A stretch of DNA of 46,805 nt from Betaproteobacteria bacterium RIFCSPLOWO2_12_FULL_64_23. Lineage in GTDB: Bacteria; Pseudomonadota; Gammaproteobacteria; Burkholderiales; SG8-39. The stretch spans positions 1 to 46,805 of the forward strand of contig MERK01000083.1 of NCBI GenBank assembly GCA_001770575.1, given 5' to 3'. The position numbers and the translations under genes were made by a program. The notes below the pieces were generated by a model. It was given only the letters and a program-made list of their open reading frames with translations. It did no database searches and was not told the origin of the DNA. Every line of letters starts with the position of its first letter. The stretch's first letter is position 1. Positions 1 to 9,064 of the stretch are shown in pieces.

Positions 1-246
1 CGAATCGGCGAACTCGGCGTAGCGTTCCGCCGCTTCCGCCTCCATGGCATAGGCATGCGCCATGAATTCGGACGCGCTGGCGACCGGCGCGGCCTTTGCC
101 GCGACTCTGGCGGCGGTGCGTTGCGGCGTCTTCGCGCGCGTCGGCGTAGCGGCCTTGGCTTTCTTGGCGCTTACCTTGGCGCTTACCTTGGTGCTCTTCT
201 TGAAGCTTACTTTGGTACTCTGTTTCGCGGTCTTTTTCGTGCTCAT
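1..246 (-). CDS. Ferritin/rubrerythrin-like protein (5' part only, runs off window), with Lys/Ala-rich N-terminal extension
   Basis: Not in the ORF track. Manual translation from ATG at 246 (ATGA overlap with korB stop): MSTKKTAKQSTKVSFKKSTKVSAKVSAKKAKAATPTRAKTPQRTAARVAAKAAPVASASEFMAHAYAMEAEAAERYAEFADS. The 'AYAMEAEAAERY' helix resembles the first helix of ferritin-like/rubrerythrin diiron proteins. Confidence 0.7.
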   Translation of the reverse strand, partial: MSTKKTAKQSTKVSFKKSTKVSAKVSAKKAKAATPTRAKTPQRTAARVAAKAAPVASASEFMAHAYAMEAEAAERYAEFADS

Positions 247-1079
247 AGTGCGAACTCCGCTTCCAGGTCGGATGGACGTTTTTTCCCTTTGCCGATCGGC
301 GGCTGGTAAGGCTTGCGATCGCCTTTGTACAGCACGCCGATGTTGAAGCCGTCGTCGGTCATGATGCGCCGCGCCGCGCGCGCCGCGTCGTCGGTGGACG
401 TGACCGGCGCCGGCCGCGCGAGCTGCTTCCACTCGCGCTGCTCCGGGCGGAAAGTCACGCACGGACTGAGGATCTCGACGAAGGAGAACCCCGGCGTGCG
501 GATCGCATCGGCGATAATATCGGCGGTGCCGTTGGGATCGCCCGAGAATGCGCGCGCGACGAAGTTGGCGCCTGCGGCGAGCGCAATCACCAGCGGATGG
601 AAGGTGCGCAGCCCGGTGCCCCCGGGGGAAAGTTTCGAATCCCAGTCGGGCTCGGTAGTGGGCGAAGGCTGGCCCTTGGTCATGCCGTATACATGGTTGT
701 CCATGACGACATAGGTCAGGTCGACGTTGCGCCGGCAGGCATGCAGGAAATGATTGCCGCCGATGGAGTAACCATCGCCGTCACCGCTCGCCACCACCAC
801 CGTGAGCTCGGGGCGCGCGAGCTTCAATCCGCTCGCCGCGGCTAGCGAGCGCCCATGCACGCCATGAAAACCATAGCAGTTGGTGTACGCGGGAATGCGC
901 GAAGAGCAGCCGATGCCGGAGACGACGGCGACGTTCTCCGGTTGCAGATCGAGCTTGGCGAACGCCTTGGTGAATGAGGACAGCACCGAATAGTCGCCGC
1001 AACCGGGACACCATATCGGCTTGTAATCGGACTTGAATGCCTGCGCCGTGATCGGCGCGGCAACGGCAGGCGCATTCAT
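243..1079 (-). CDS. korB: 2-oxoglutarate(2-oxoacid):ferredoxin oxidoreductase beta subunit
   Basis: WCPGCGD, SGIGCS, HGVHGR and GDGDG...N TPP motifs. Start at 1079 overlaps the korA stop (ATGA). Confidence 0.9.
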   Translation of the reverse strand: MNAPAVAAPITAQAFKSDYKPIWCPGCGDYSVLSSFTKAFAKLDLQPENVAVVSGIGCSSRIPAYTNCYGFHGVHGRSLAAASGLKLARPELTVVVASGDGDGYSIGGNHFLHACRRNVDLTYVVMDNHVYGMTKGQPSPTTEPDWDSKLSPGGTGLRTFHPLVIALAAGANFVARAFSGDPNGTADIIADAIRTPGFSFVEILSPCVTFRPEQREWKQLARPAPVTSTDDAARAARRIMTDDGFNIGVLYKGDRKPYQPPIGKGKKRPSDLEAEFAL

Positions 1080-2890
1080 GAGCGGCTCCATGCGGTGATT
1101 TGCTGGTGAATTTCGTCAGGGCGCAGCGGCAGCGGCCCGGGGTGGCGAAAACTCCTGACCTCACCCGGCAGATCGTACTCCGCGCGCAAGTACCGGTACA
1201 ACTGCCCGGTGTGGTTCTGCTCGACCACCAGCACCCGCTTCGCGCCGGCGAGCGCTGCGGCCAGGCGTTCGGGTTGCGATGGACTGAGCAGGCGCAAGGA
1301 CACCAGCCGCGCCTTGATCCCCTCGGCCGCGGCGCGCGCGAGCGCTTCGCGCGCCGCGCCGGTGCAGGAACCGAAAGTGACCAGCGCGAGCTCGCCCTCG
1401 CCTTCGATCTCGGCCCAGCGCTCGCCGTAATCGTATTGCGCGAGCTTTTTCGCGCGCTTGTCGAGTTGCCGGATGTGGTCGCCCGACTGGCTCGACGGCA
1501 GCCCGCGCTCGTTGTGCTCCAGCCCGTCGGCCGTGTAGGCCGTGCCCGGCGTACCCGGGATCGCCATCGGCGAAATGCCCGACGCGGTGATGGCGTAGCG
1601 CTTGTAGCCCTCCGCCCCTGCGCTCGCCTTCAGGCGAGCTGCGGCCGCGCCTATGTCGGCGGGCGGGTCCACCACCGCGCGCGTCTGGCCGAAGTACTGG
1701 TCGGACAGCACAATGGCCGGGCACTGCAGCGCCTCGGCCAGGTGCACCGCCCACTGCGTCGCGGTGACGCAATCGGCGATCGAGTTCGGCGCCACCACCA
1801 GGCGCGGCGCATCGCCATGCAATCCGTTCACCGCGATGTTGACGTCGCTTTGCTCGCTTTTCGCCGGAATGCCGGTTGAAGGTCCGCCGCGCATCACGTC
1901 GATGACCACGATCGGCACTTCGGCGGCGACGGCCAGCCCGAGCGCTTCGGTCATCAGCGACAACCCCGGTCCGGAGGTGGCCGTCAACGAAGGCACGCCG
2001 CCGTAGGAGGCGCCGATGATCATGTTGATCGAAGCCAGTTCGTCCTCGGCCTGCACCAGCGCGCCGCCGACTTTGGGCAAGGCGGGCGCCAGCCATTCCA
2101 GCACTTCGGTCGCGGGCGTGATCGGATAGGCGGCGCAAAAACGCACGCCGCCGCGCACCGCGCCGTAGCCGGCAGCCTGATTGCCGGTGATCAGCCAGCG
2201 CGCGTCCGCGCCGGGCGCAAATTCTTCGTTTGCGCCCGGCGCGGATTTTTGGCTTGCGCCGGGCGCAGTTTTTTGGCTTGCGCCGGGCGCAACGCGCGCG
2301 GCGAGACGCGGCACCGCCGGCAGGTTCGCCGCCGCGGCGTATCCCGCTTCCGCAGCGGCGAGATTGGCGGCCATTTTCTCCCCGCCGCCTTTCTTGAGCG
2401 ACTTTTGCAATACGCTCTTGACCGAGTCTGCCGGCAGACCTACCAATCCGGCGGCCAGGCCGAGGGCGATCATATTGGGCCAACTCCCGGGGATCGCCTT
2501 GGCCATCTGCTTGAACGGCAGCGGCGCATAGCTTGCGCCAACCTTGGCAAACACTTCGGGCGGTTCGCCCTGGTCAGGATCACCCAGCATCACGCTCGCG
2601 CCATCGAGTGGAATCTCGTCGGCGAAGCGGTGGATGTTCTGCCAGTCGATACCGATCAGAACGTCGAAGCGGTCGTCCAGGCATTCAATCGGCGCGTGCG
2701 CAAAGCGCAGCAGCGCCGCCGCTTCGCCGCCGCGGATTTGCGGCCCGCTCGAGCGCACCATCAGGCCGTACCAGCCGGCCTGGGCTGCGACCTCGAGCAG
2801 CAGATTGCCTGCGGTCATCACGCCCGCGCCGCCGCTGCCTGTTATCGCAATCGAAATACTGTCCTTGATTTTCTGTCTGTGTCTTGACAC
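1076..2890 (-). CDS. korA: 2-oxoglutarate(2-oxoacid):ferredoxin oxidoreductase alpha subunit (gamma-alpha fusion)
   Basis: N-terminal GSGGAG gamma domain; YPITP, QAEDE, ATSGPG and RGGPSTG motifs. Adjacent to bcr genes, as KGOR supplies reduced ferredoxin in Thauera. Confidence 0.9.
   Translation of the reverse strand: MSRHRQKIKDSISIAITGSGGAGVMTAGNLLLEVAAQAGWYGLMVRSSGPQIRGGEAAALLRFAHAPIECLDDRFDVLIGIDWQNIHRFADEIPLDGASVMLGDPDQGEPPEVFAKVGASYAPLPFKQMAKAIPGSWPNMIALGLAAGLVGLPADSVKSVLQKSLKKGGGEKMAANLAAAEAGYAAAANLPAVPRLAARVAPGASQKTAPGASQKSAPGANEEFAPGADARWLITGNQAAGYGAVRGGVRFCAAYPITPATEVLEWLAPALPKVGGALVQAEDELASINMIIGASYGGVPSLTATSGPGLSLMTEALGLAVAAEVPIVVIDVMRGGPSTGIPAKSEQSDVNIAVNGLHGDAPRLVVAPNSIADCVTATQWAVHLAEALQCPAIVLSDQYFGQTRAVVDPPADIGAAAARLKASAGAEGYKRYAITASGISPMAIPGTPGTAYTADGLEHNERGLPSSQSGDHIRQLDKRAKKLAQYDYGERWAEIEGEGELALVTFGSCTGAAREALARAAAEGIKARLVSLRLLSPSQPERLAAALAGAKRVLVVEQNHTGQLYRYLRAEYDLPGEVRSFRHPGPLPLRPDEIHQQITAWSRS
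2208..2291 (-). repeat. 24-bp in-frame tandem repeat (about 3.5 copies) in the korA linker
   Basis: GCGCC(G/C)GGCGC units start at 2208, 2232, 2256 and 2280, encoding APGASQKT-APGASQKS-APGANEEF-APGA. Confidence 0.9.
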
Positions 2891-2961
2891 GGTATGGTCT
2901 CCGTCTTGCCGGGCAATGGGCGCCTCGTTTTCGATCCAGCCTGATCGATTGCATTTTGGGC

Positions 2962-2995
2962 TTGACTCTAAATACGCATTCTAGTACCATAATAC
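2962..2995 (+). promoter_or_regulatory. sigma70 promoter for the had-oah-dch-bcr operon with overlapping 20-bp operator
   Basis: TTGACT (2962-2967), 17 bp, TACCAT (2985-2990); operator GCATTCTAGTACCATAATAC at 2976-2995. Confidence 0.7.
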
Positions 2996-3078
2996 TTAAA
3001 TAAGCGCAAAAAAGTCAAGTCGAAGGTGAATAGCCGGTACAAACTGGAACCGCGGCAGCCCGGATTGGAGGCACAAGC

Positions 3079-4152
3079 ATGACTGCAATCGCACACCGCT
3101 GGATGATGACGGCGCCCAAGGTCGCGATGCTCGAATCGGCGTTCGACCCGTTCCCGCCGCAACCCGCTGAGGTGGTGATCGAGGTGGCCGGCTGCGGCGT
3201 CTGCCACACCGATCTCGGCTATTTCTACGACGGCGTGCGCACCAATCACGCCCTGCCGCTTACGCTGGGCCACGAGATCAGCGGCCGCGTCGTCGCCGCC
3301 GGCAGCGGCGCCGAAAGCTGGCTCGGCAAGTCGGTGATCGTGCCCGCGGTCATCCCCTGCGGCGAATGCGACCTGTGCAAGCGCGGCCGTGCCGCCATCT
3401 GCCGCGCGCAGAAAATGCCCGGCAACGACATCCAGGGCGGTTTCGCCAGCCACATTGCCGTTCCCGCGCGCGGGCTCTGCCCTACCGACGAGAGCCGTCT
3501 CGCCGCCGCCGGTCTCAGCCTGGCCGAAGTATCGGTCGTCGCCGATGCCGTCACCACCCCGTATCAGGCCGTGCACCGCGCCGGCGTCACCCCCGGCAGC
3601 CTCGCCATCGTCATCGGCGCGGGCGGCGTCGGCGGCTACTGCGTGCAAGTGGCGCAAGCCTTCGGCGCGAAAGTCGTCGCCATCGACGTCGATCCGGCCA
3701 AACTCGCCGCGATCGCACAGCACGGCGCTTCGCTTACGCTGAATCCGAAGGAATTCGATCCGAAGGCGCTCAAGGGCGCCATCTCCAAGTTCGCCAAGGA
3801 CAACGGGCTGCGCGCGACCGAGTGGTTCATTTTCGAGTGCTCGGGCACTGCCGCCGGCCAGCTCAGCGCATATGGATTGCTCGTGCACGGTGCCACGCTA
3901 TGTGTGGTCGGCTTCACCATGGACAGGATCGAACTGCGCTTGTCCAACCTGATGGCTTTCGACGCGCGCGCCATCGGCAACTGGGGCTGCACGCCCGAAC
4001 ACTATCCGGCCGCGCTGGAACTGGTGCTCGCGGGCAAAGTGAAAGTGAAGCCCTTTGTCGAAGTCCACCCGCTGGCCGACATCAACCGCGTATTCGAGGC
4101 GACGCACCAGCGCGAAATCAAGCGCCGCGCGGTGCTGGTGCCGACGATCTAA
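3079..4152 (+). CDS. had: 6-hydroxycyclohex-1-ene-1-carbonyl-CoA dehydrogenase
   Basis: Zn-dependent alcohol dehydrogenase motifs (CHTD, GHE, CGECDLC..C, GAGGVG); '[13 protein letters not shown]' and '[18 protein letters not shown]' are typical of Had; context fits. Confidence 0.92.
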   Translation: MTAIAHRWMMTAPKVAMLESAFDPFPPQPAEVVIEVAGCGVCHTDLGYFYDGVRTNHALPLTLGHEISGRVVAAGSGAESWLGKSVIVPAVIPCGECDLCKRGRAAICRAQKMPGNDIQGGFASHIAVPARGLCPTDESRLAAAGLSLAEVSVVADAVTTPYQAVHRAGVTPGSLAIVIGAGGVGGYCVQVAQAFGAKVVAIDVDPAKLAAIAQHGASLTLNPKEFDPKALKGAISKFAKDNGLRATEWFIFECSGTAAGQLSAYGLLVHGATLCVVGFTMDRIELRLSNLMAFDARAIGNWGCTPEHYPAALELVLAGKVKVKPFVEVHPLADINRVFEATHQREIKRRAVLVPTI

Positions 4153-4156
4153 CAAT

Positions 4157-4406
4157 GCACTTCAAAATGCGGAAATCGGATTCCTCAAAGATCGTCTCTT
4201 GCGCGCGGATGGGTTCATCATCCGTGCGCAAGAGACGATCCGCACGGACAGGTTTACCGTCCGTGCAGGTTTTGCCAGGACCTGCGCGCTGCGCGCGCCA
4301 ACCTCGTTTCCTGTACGGATACACCCCATCCGTACAAGAAACGAGGTAATTGAAATAAACGAAATATTCCGCCGACCAATGGCCTCTATAGTTAATTTTG
4401 AAATGC
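4157..4406. repeat. Multi-hairpin intergenic element, copy 1 (inverted, modules swapped), with imperfect terminal inverted repeats
   Basis: Hairpins at 4190-4240, 4242-4266 and 4300-4347 are homologous to those at 15631-15811 and 38871-39056. Ends GCACTTCAAAAT (4157) and ATTTTGAAATGC (4395). Confidence 0.8.
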
Positions 4407-4425
4407 GCACCAAGGAGATTCGTTC

Positions 4426-5553
4426 ATGAGCACCGCTTCAGCGTCCACCCCAATCCGGGAATTCAAGAATCACGAACTCGACGAGAACTTCGCGCGCCCG
4501 GGCGTGCGCTACGAGAAGCGACCGGCGCAGACACCCGATGGCAAGGTCGTGCCCGGCCTGTACAACGCCTGGATCTGGCTCGACAACCCGGGCCAGTTCA
4601 ACTCCTACACCACCGACATGGTGAAGGGCGCGATCCTCGCATTTCGCGCCGCATCGAATGCGCGCGACGTCAACTGCGTGGTGTTCACCGGCGCCGGCGA
4701 CAAGGCGTTCTGCACCGGCGGCAACACCAAGGAATACGCCGAGTACTACGCCGGCCACCCGCAGGAGTACCGCTTCTACATGCGCCTGTTCAATGACATG
4801 GTGTCGGCAATACTCTCCTGCGACAAGCCGGTCATCTGCCGCGTCAACGGCATGCGCATCGGCGGCGGCCAGGAAATCGGCATGGCCTGCGATTTTTCGG
4901 TGGCGCAGGATCTGGCGCGCTTCGGCCAGGCCGGCCCCAAGCACGGCTCGGCCCCGATCGGCGGCGCGACGGACTTTCTTCCGGTCATGATCGGCGCCGA
5001 GCGCGCCATGGCGGCGTGCGTGCTGTGCGAGCCGTTCTCGGCGCACAAGGCCTATTACCTGGGTGTGATCACCGACGTCGTGCCCGCGTTGAAAGTGGAC
5101 GGCAAGTTCATCGCCAATCCGCTGGTGGAAACCAGGCAGATGACCGACGAATTCGGCAAACTCGTGTTCGGCGAATTCAAGACGGGCGAGGCGGCAAAGC
5201 AGGCGAAGGCGCTGATCGCCGCTGGCCGGGTGGATCTGTCGCTGCTCGACGCCAAGGTGGAGGAACTGTGCGCCAAGATGCTGCTCACCTTCCCCGACTG
5301 CACCACCAAGACTATCGAGGAACTGCGCAAGCCCAAGCTCATCGCCTGGAACGCGAACAAGGAAAACTCGCGCGCCTGGCTCGCGCTCAACATGATGACC
5401 GAGGCGCGCGCCGGTTTCGTCGCCTTCAACGAAGGCCCGAAGGACGACCGCGAGATCGACTTCATCGGCCTGCGCCAGCGGCTCGCGCGCGGCGAAGGCT
5501 GGGGCGACGCCCTGCACCAGGCGATCCAGCCGAAGAACAAGCACAAGGGCTGA
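4426..5553 (+). CDS. oah: 6-oxocyclohex-1-ene-1-carbonyl-CoA hydrolase
   Basis: Crotonase fold with Oah-specific 'FCTGGNTKEYAEYYAG' and 'ENSRAWLALNMMTEA'; RBS AAGGAG. Confidence 0.95.
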   Translation: MSTASASTPIREFKNHELDENFARPGVRYEKRPAQTPDGKVVPGLYNAWIWLDNPGQFNSYTTDMVKGAILAFRAASNARDVNCVVFTGAGDKAFCTGGNTKEYAEYYAGHPQEYRFYMRLFNDMVSAILSCDKPVICRVNGMRIGGGQEIGMACDFSVAQDLARFGQAGPKHGSAPIGGATDFLPVMIGAERAMAACVLCEPFSAHKAYYLGVITDVVPALKVDGKFIANPLVETRQMTDEFGKLVFGEFKTGEAAKQAKALIAAGRVDLSLLDAKVEELCAKMLLTFPDCTTKTIEELRKPKLIAWNANKENSRAWLALNMMTEARAGFVAFNEGPKDDREIDFIGLRQRLARGEGWGDALHQAIQPKNKHKG

Positions 5554-5557
5554 TGCC

Positions 5558-6331
5558 GTGACCGCGGATTCGCCACTGAAAGTCTGGACCGAGCGCGACG
5601 GGGCGCTGCTGCGGCTGCGCCTGGCACGACCCAAGGCGAACATCGTCGATGCGGCGATGATCGCCGCGCTGCGCTCGGCGTTCGACGCGCACCGCGGCAA
5701 GTCCGCAATCCTGGCAGCGCTCCTTGACGCCGACGGTCCGCACTTTTCCTTCGGCGCGAGCGTCGAAGAGCATCTGGCCGAGCACTGCGCGGCGATGCTC
5801 GCGAGCCTGCACGCGCTGCTGCTTTCCATGATCGAGTGGCCGCTGCCGATTCTGGTCGCGGTGAAGGGCCAGTGCCTCGGCGGCGGGCTGGAACTGGCCC
5901 TGGGCGGCAGCCTGATTTTCGCCGCCGACGACGCCAAGCTCGGCCAGCCCGAGATCCAGCTCGGCGTGTTCGCGCCGGCGGCATCCTGCCTGTTGCCGCC
6001 GCGCATCGGCCAGGCGGCGGCCGAGGACCTGCTGTTCTCCGGCCGCTCGGTCGGCGCCGACGAAGCACTGAGGCTGGGCCTGGTGAGCTCCGTGTCGGCC
6101 GACCCGGAGGCCGCGGCCCTCGCTTATTTCGATCAGCACCTTGCGGGAAAAAGCGCGAGTTCGCTTGCCTGCGCCGTGGCCGCGGCCCGCGGCGGCTACC
6201 TCGCCAGGGTGCGCCGGCGCATCCATGAAGTCGAGCGGCTGTATCTCGATCGCCTGATGCAGACCCGCGACGCGAACGAAGGCCTCGCCGCTTTCATCGC
6301 CAAGCGTCCGCCGAAATGGGAGCACCAATGA
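5558..6331 (+). CDS. dch: Cyclohexa-1,5-diene-1-carbonyl-CoA hydratase
   Basis: 'LARPKANIVD', 'FSFGASVEEH' and 'GQPEIQLGVFAPAAS' crotonase motifs typical of Dch. Confidence 0.93.
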   Translation: MTADSPLKVWTERDGALLRLRLARPKANIVDAAMIAALRSAFDAHRGKSAILAALLDADGPHFSFGASVEEHLAEHCAAMLASLHALLLSMIEWPLPILVAVKGQCLGGGLELALGGSLIFAADDAKLGQPEIQLGVFAPAASCLLPPRIGQAAAEDLLFSGRSVGADEALRLGLVSSVSADPEAAALAYFDQHLAGKSASSLACAVAAARGGYLARVRRRIHEVERLYLDRLMQTRDANEGLAAFIAKRPPKWEHQ

Positions 6332-7500
6332 GCCAGACCGTGGCGCAGATCATCGAGCGTTGTCAGATGCTGTTCGACGACCTCCACTTCACCTCGGTGA
6401 AGGAATGGAAAGCCGCCGTGCCCGGACGCAAGGCGATCGGCTTCATGCCGGTCTATGTGCCGCGCGAAATCATCCACGCCGCGGGCATGCTGCCGGTGGG
6501 GATCATGGGCGGAGGCGACCAGCTCGAAGTGATCCAGGGCGACGCTTATTACCAGAGTTACATCTGCCGCATTCCGCGCTCGACCCTCGAGCTCGGGCTC
6601 ACCGGGCGCCTGGACTGCCTCGACGGGATGTTGTTCCCGTCGATCTGCGACGTCATCCGCAACCTCTCGGGCATGTGGCAGATCCTGTTCAAGGACAAAT
6701 ACGTCAGGTATTTCGACGTGCCGCAAAACTACCAGGATGGCGTCGGCGGCCAGTACTACATCCACGAGATGCAGGTGCTGCGCGATGACATCGGCAGGCT
6801 TGCCGGAAAGCCGATCACCGACGATGCGCTGCGCGCTTCGATCGCGGTGTACAACGAAAACCGGCGCGCGGTGCAAGCGCTGTACAAATACCGCGCGGCC
6901 AAGCCGTGGCAGGCCCCGACCTCCGAGGTATACCTGGTGCTGCGCGCCGGCATGGTGCTGCCGGTCGAAGACTACACGCAACTGGTGCGCGACTACATCG
7001 CCGCGACCGACGCCGTGGCCAGGCCGATGCGCGACAACGCCCGCATCGTGTTGACCGGCGCCTTCTGCGAGCAGCCGCCGCTCAGTCTGATCAAATCGAT
7101 CGAGATGGCCGGCTGCTACATTGTCGACGATGACTTCATGCTGGTCATGCGCATGCTGTTCGACGACGTGGTCGAAACCGGGGATCCGCTCGACGCGCTG
7201 TCGAAATCGTTCCTCCACCGTTCGATGCAGACATCATCGAAGTACGACGAGTTCAAGAAGGACAAGGGCAAGTATCTGCTCGATTCGACCAAGCTGAATG
7301 GCGGCGAAGGGGTCATTTTCGCCGCGCCCTCGTTCTGCGACCCGGCGCTGCTCGAACGGCCGATGCTGCAGTCGGTGCTGAATGAGCACAAGATCCCCTA
7401 TACGGCGTTCAAGTACGCCGAGAACACCGGCCAGATGGCGCCGATCCGCGAACAAGCCGGCACTTTTGCCGATTCAATCAAACTCTGGAGTGCGGCGTGA
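6328..7500 (+). CDS. bcrC: Class I benzoyl-CoA reductase subunit C
   Basis: 'MPVYVPREIIHAAGMLP', 'YQSYICRIPRST' and 'FKYAENTGQMAPIREQAGTFADSIKLWS' match Thauera BcrC/R. palustris BadD. Start overlaps the dch stop. Confidence 0.95.
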   Translation: MSQTVAQIIERCQMLFDDLHFTSVKEWKAAVPGRKAIGFMPVYVPREIIHAAGMLPVGIMGGGDQLEVIQGDAYYQSYICRIPRSTLELGLTGRLDCLDGMLFPSICDVIRNLSGMWQILFKDKYVRYFDVPQNYQDGVGGQYYIHEMQVLRDDIGRLAGKPITDDALRASIAVYNENRRAVQALYKYRAAKPWQAPTSEVYLVLRAGMVLPVEDYTQLVRDYIAATDAVARPMRDNARIVLTGAFCEQPPLSLIKSIEMAGCYIVDDDFMLVMRMLFDDVVETGDPLDALSKSFLHRSMQTSSKYDEFKKDKGKYLLDSTKLNGGEGVIFAAPSFCDPALLERPMLQSVLNEHKIPYTAFKYAENTGQMAPIREQAGTFADSIKLWSAA

Positions 7501-7708
7501 GCCCCGGAGCAGGCGGCGCCGTAGCGTGGCGCCTCGGAACGTGCGCAGCGAAGGCGCCGCAATGCGCCGGCTACGCTGTGCTGCTTCGCTGGCACGGTCG
7601 CTTCGCCGGCGCCCCGCGCCCGCGCGGGGATGCGACCAGGCGAACACCGCAAAGCGGCCGACAGTCCACAACCAATTGCCGCACAACCGTCAAGGAGGCC
7701 GCACTGCA

Positions 7709-9040
7709 ATGAGCACACCTATCCAAATGACCCCGCCGCAAGCCTCGAAAAAGCCGGTTCCGGTCGCGCAGAAAGAGGACGCGATGCTGTTGCAGAAGGC
7801 AATGATCAACCGCAACTATCTCGAGCTCGCCACCGCGCACCAGCGCGGCAAGAAAGTCGCGGCCACCTTCGTTCCAGGCAACCTGAACGAGCTGGTGATG
7901 TGCTTCGATCTTGCGCGCAGCCTGCCGGAGACCAACGCGCTGCAAAACGGCATGCGCAAGAAATCCGGCAAGATGATCATGGATGCCGAGCGCGACGGCC
8001 ATTCCGAAGACGTCTGCACCTACGTCAAGGCCGACCTGGGCATGATGCTGGGCGGCGAGGTCGGCCCCACCGGCGACCCCCTGCCGCGTCCCGACCTGCT
8101 GCTCCTTTCCTACACCGGCTGCTTCACTTTCATGAAGTGGTTCGAGCTGATCCGGCAGAAATACAACTGCGAAACCACCATGCTGCACGTGCCCTACCAG
8201 GGCGACGGCAAGATCTCGCAGAACATGCGCGACTACGTGGTCAAGCAAATCAAGGAAAACGTGATCCCGTCGCTGGAGCGCGTCTCCGGCGTCAAATTCG
8301 ACATCGACCGCCTGCGCCAGTACATGAAGGAATCGGCCAAGGCCGAGGAGGACCTGGTGCAGGTGCTGCAGTCGGCGAAGAAACGCCCCTCCCCCATCGA
8401 CGGCTACTTCGGCGCGGTGTATTACATCGGCCCGATTTTCACCGCCTTCCGCGGCACCACCGAGGCGACCGAGTACTACCGGGTGCTGCGGCAGGAGATC
8501 GAGCAGCGCGTGCGCGAGGGCAAGGGGCCGATCACCCCCGAGGGGGAGATGGCGGAGGAGAAATACCGCCTGGTGGTGGAAGGCCCGCCCAACTGGACCA
8601 GCTTCCGCGAATTCTGGAAAATGTTCTATGACGAGGGCGCGGTGGTGGTCACCTCCACTTACGCCAAGGTCGGCGGCGTATACGACTTCGGTTTCCGTCA
8701 CGATCCGGAGCACCCGATCGAGTCGCTGGCGGAGTACTGCCTCGGCTGCTACACCAACCTCAACCTGCCGCAGCGCATCGACATGATCTGCAAGTACATC
8801 GACGAATACCAGGCCGACGGCCTGCTGATCAATTCGATCAAGAGCTGCAACAGCTTCTCCGCCGGCCAGCTGCTGATTCTGCGCGAGGTGGAGAAGCGCA
8901 CCGGCAAGCCGGCCGCGTTCATCGAGTCCGACCTGGTGGATCCGCGCTATTTCTCCGCGGCCAACATCAAGAACCGGCTGGAGAGCTATTTCCAGATGAT
9001 CAAGCAGAAGCGCACCGCCGCCGCCGGCGCAGTGCATTAG
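7709..9040 (+). CDS. bcrB: Class I benzoyl-CoA reductase subunit B
   Basis: 'EDVCTYVKAD', 'SYTGCFTFMKWFE' and 'SIKSCNSFSAGQ'. RBS AAGGAGG before ATG 7709; the ORF-track start at 7382 is overextended. Confidence 0.95.
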   Translation: MSTPIQMTPPQASKKPVPVAQKEDAMLLQKAMINRNYLELATAHQRGKKVAATFVPGNLNELVMCFDLARSLPETNALQNGMRKKSGKMIMDAERDGHSEDVCTYVKADLGMMLGGEVGPTGDPLPRPDLLLLSYTGCFTFMKWFELIRQKYNCETTMLHVPYQGDGKISQNMRDYVVKQIKENVIPSLERVSGVKFDIDRLRQYMKESAKAEEDLVQVLQSAKKRPSPIDGYFGAVYYIGPIFTAFRGTTEATEYYRVLRQEIEQRVREGKGPITPEGEMAEEKYRLVVEGPPNWTSFREFWKMFYDEGAVVVTSTYAKVGGVYDFGFRHDPEHPIESLAEYCLGCYTNLNLPQRIDMICKYIDEYQADGLLINSIKSCNSFSAGQLLILREVEKRTGKPAAFIESDLVDPRYFSAANIKNRLESYFQMIKQKRTAAAGAVH

Positions 9041-9064
9041 AGACCGGGACTCAGGGAAACCACT

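Noticed and set aside
7382-7708. N-terminal extensions given by the ORF track (bcrB, padB, padD, acyl-CoA synthetase, iorB, OFOR alpha, badL, livF/livG)
   Set aside because: They overlap upstream genes or spacers; internal ATGs with an RBS or stop-start overlap fit family lengths better.
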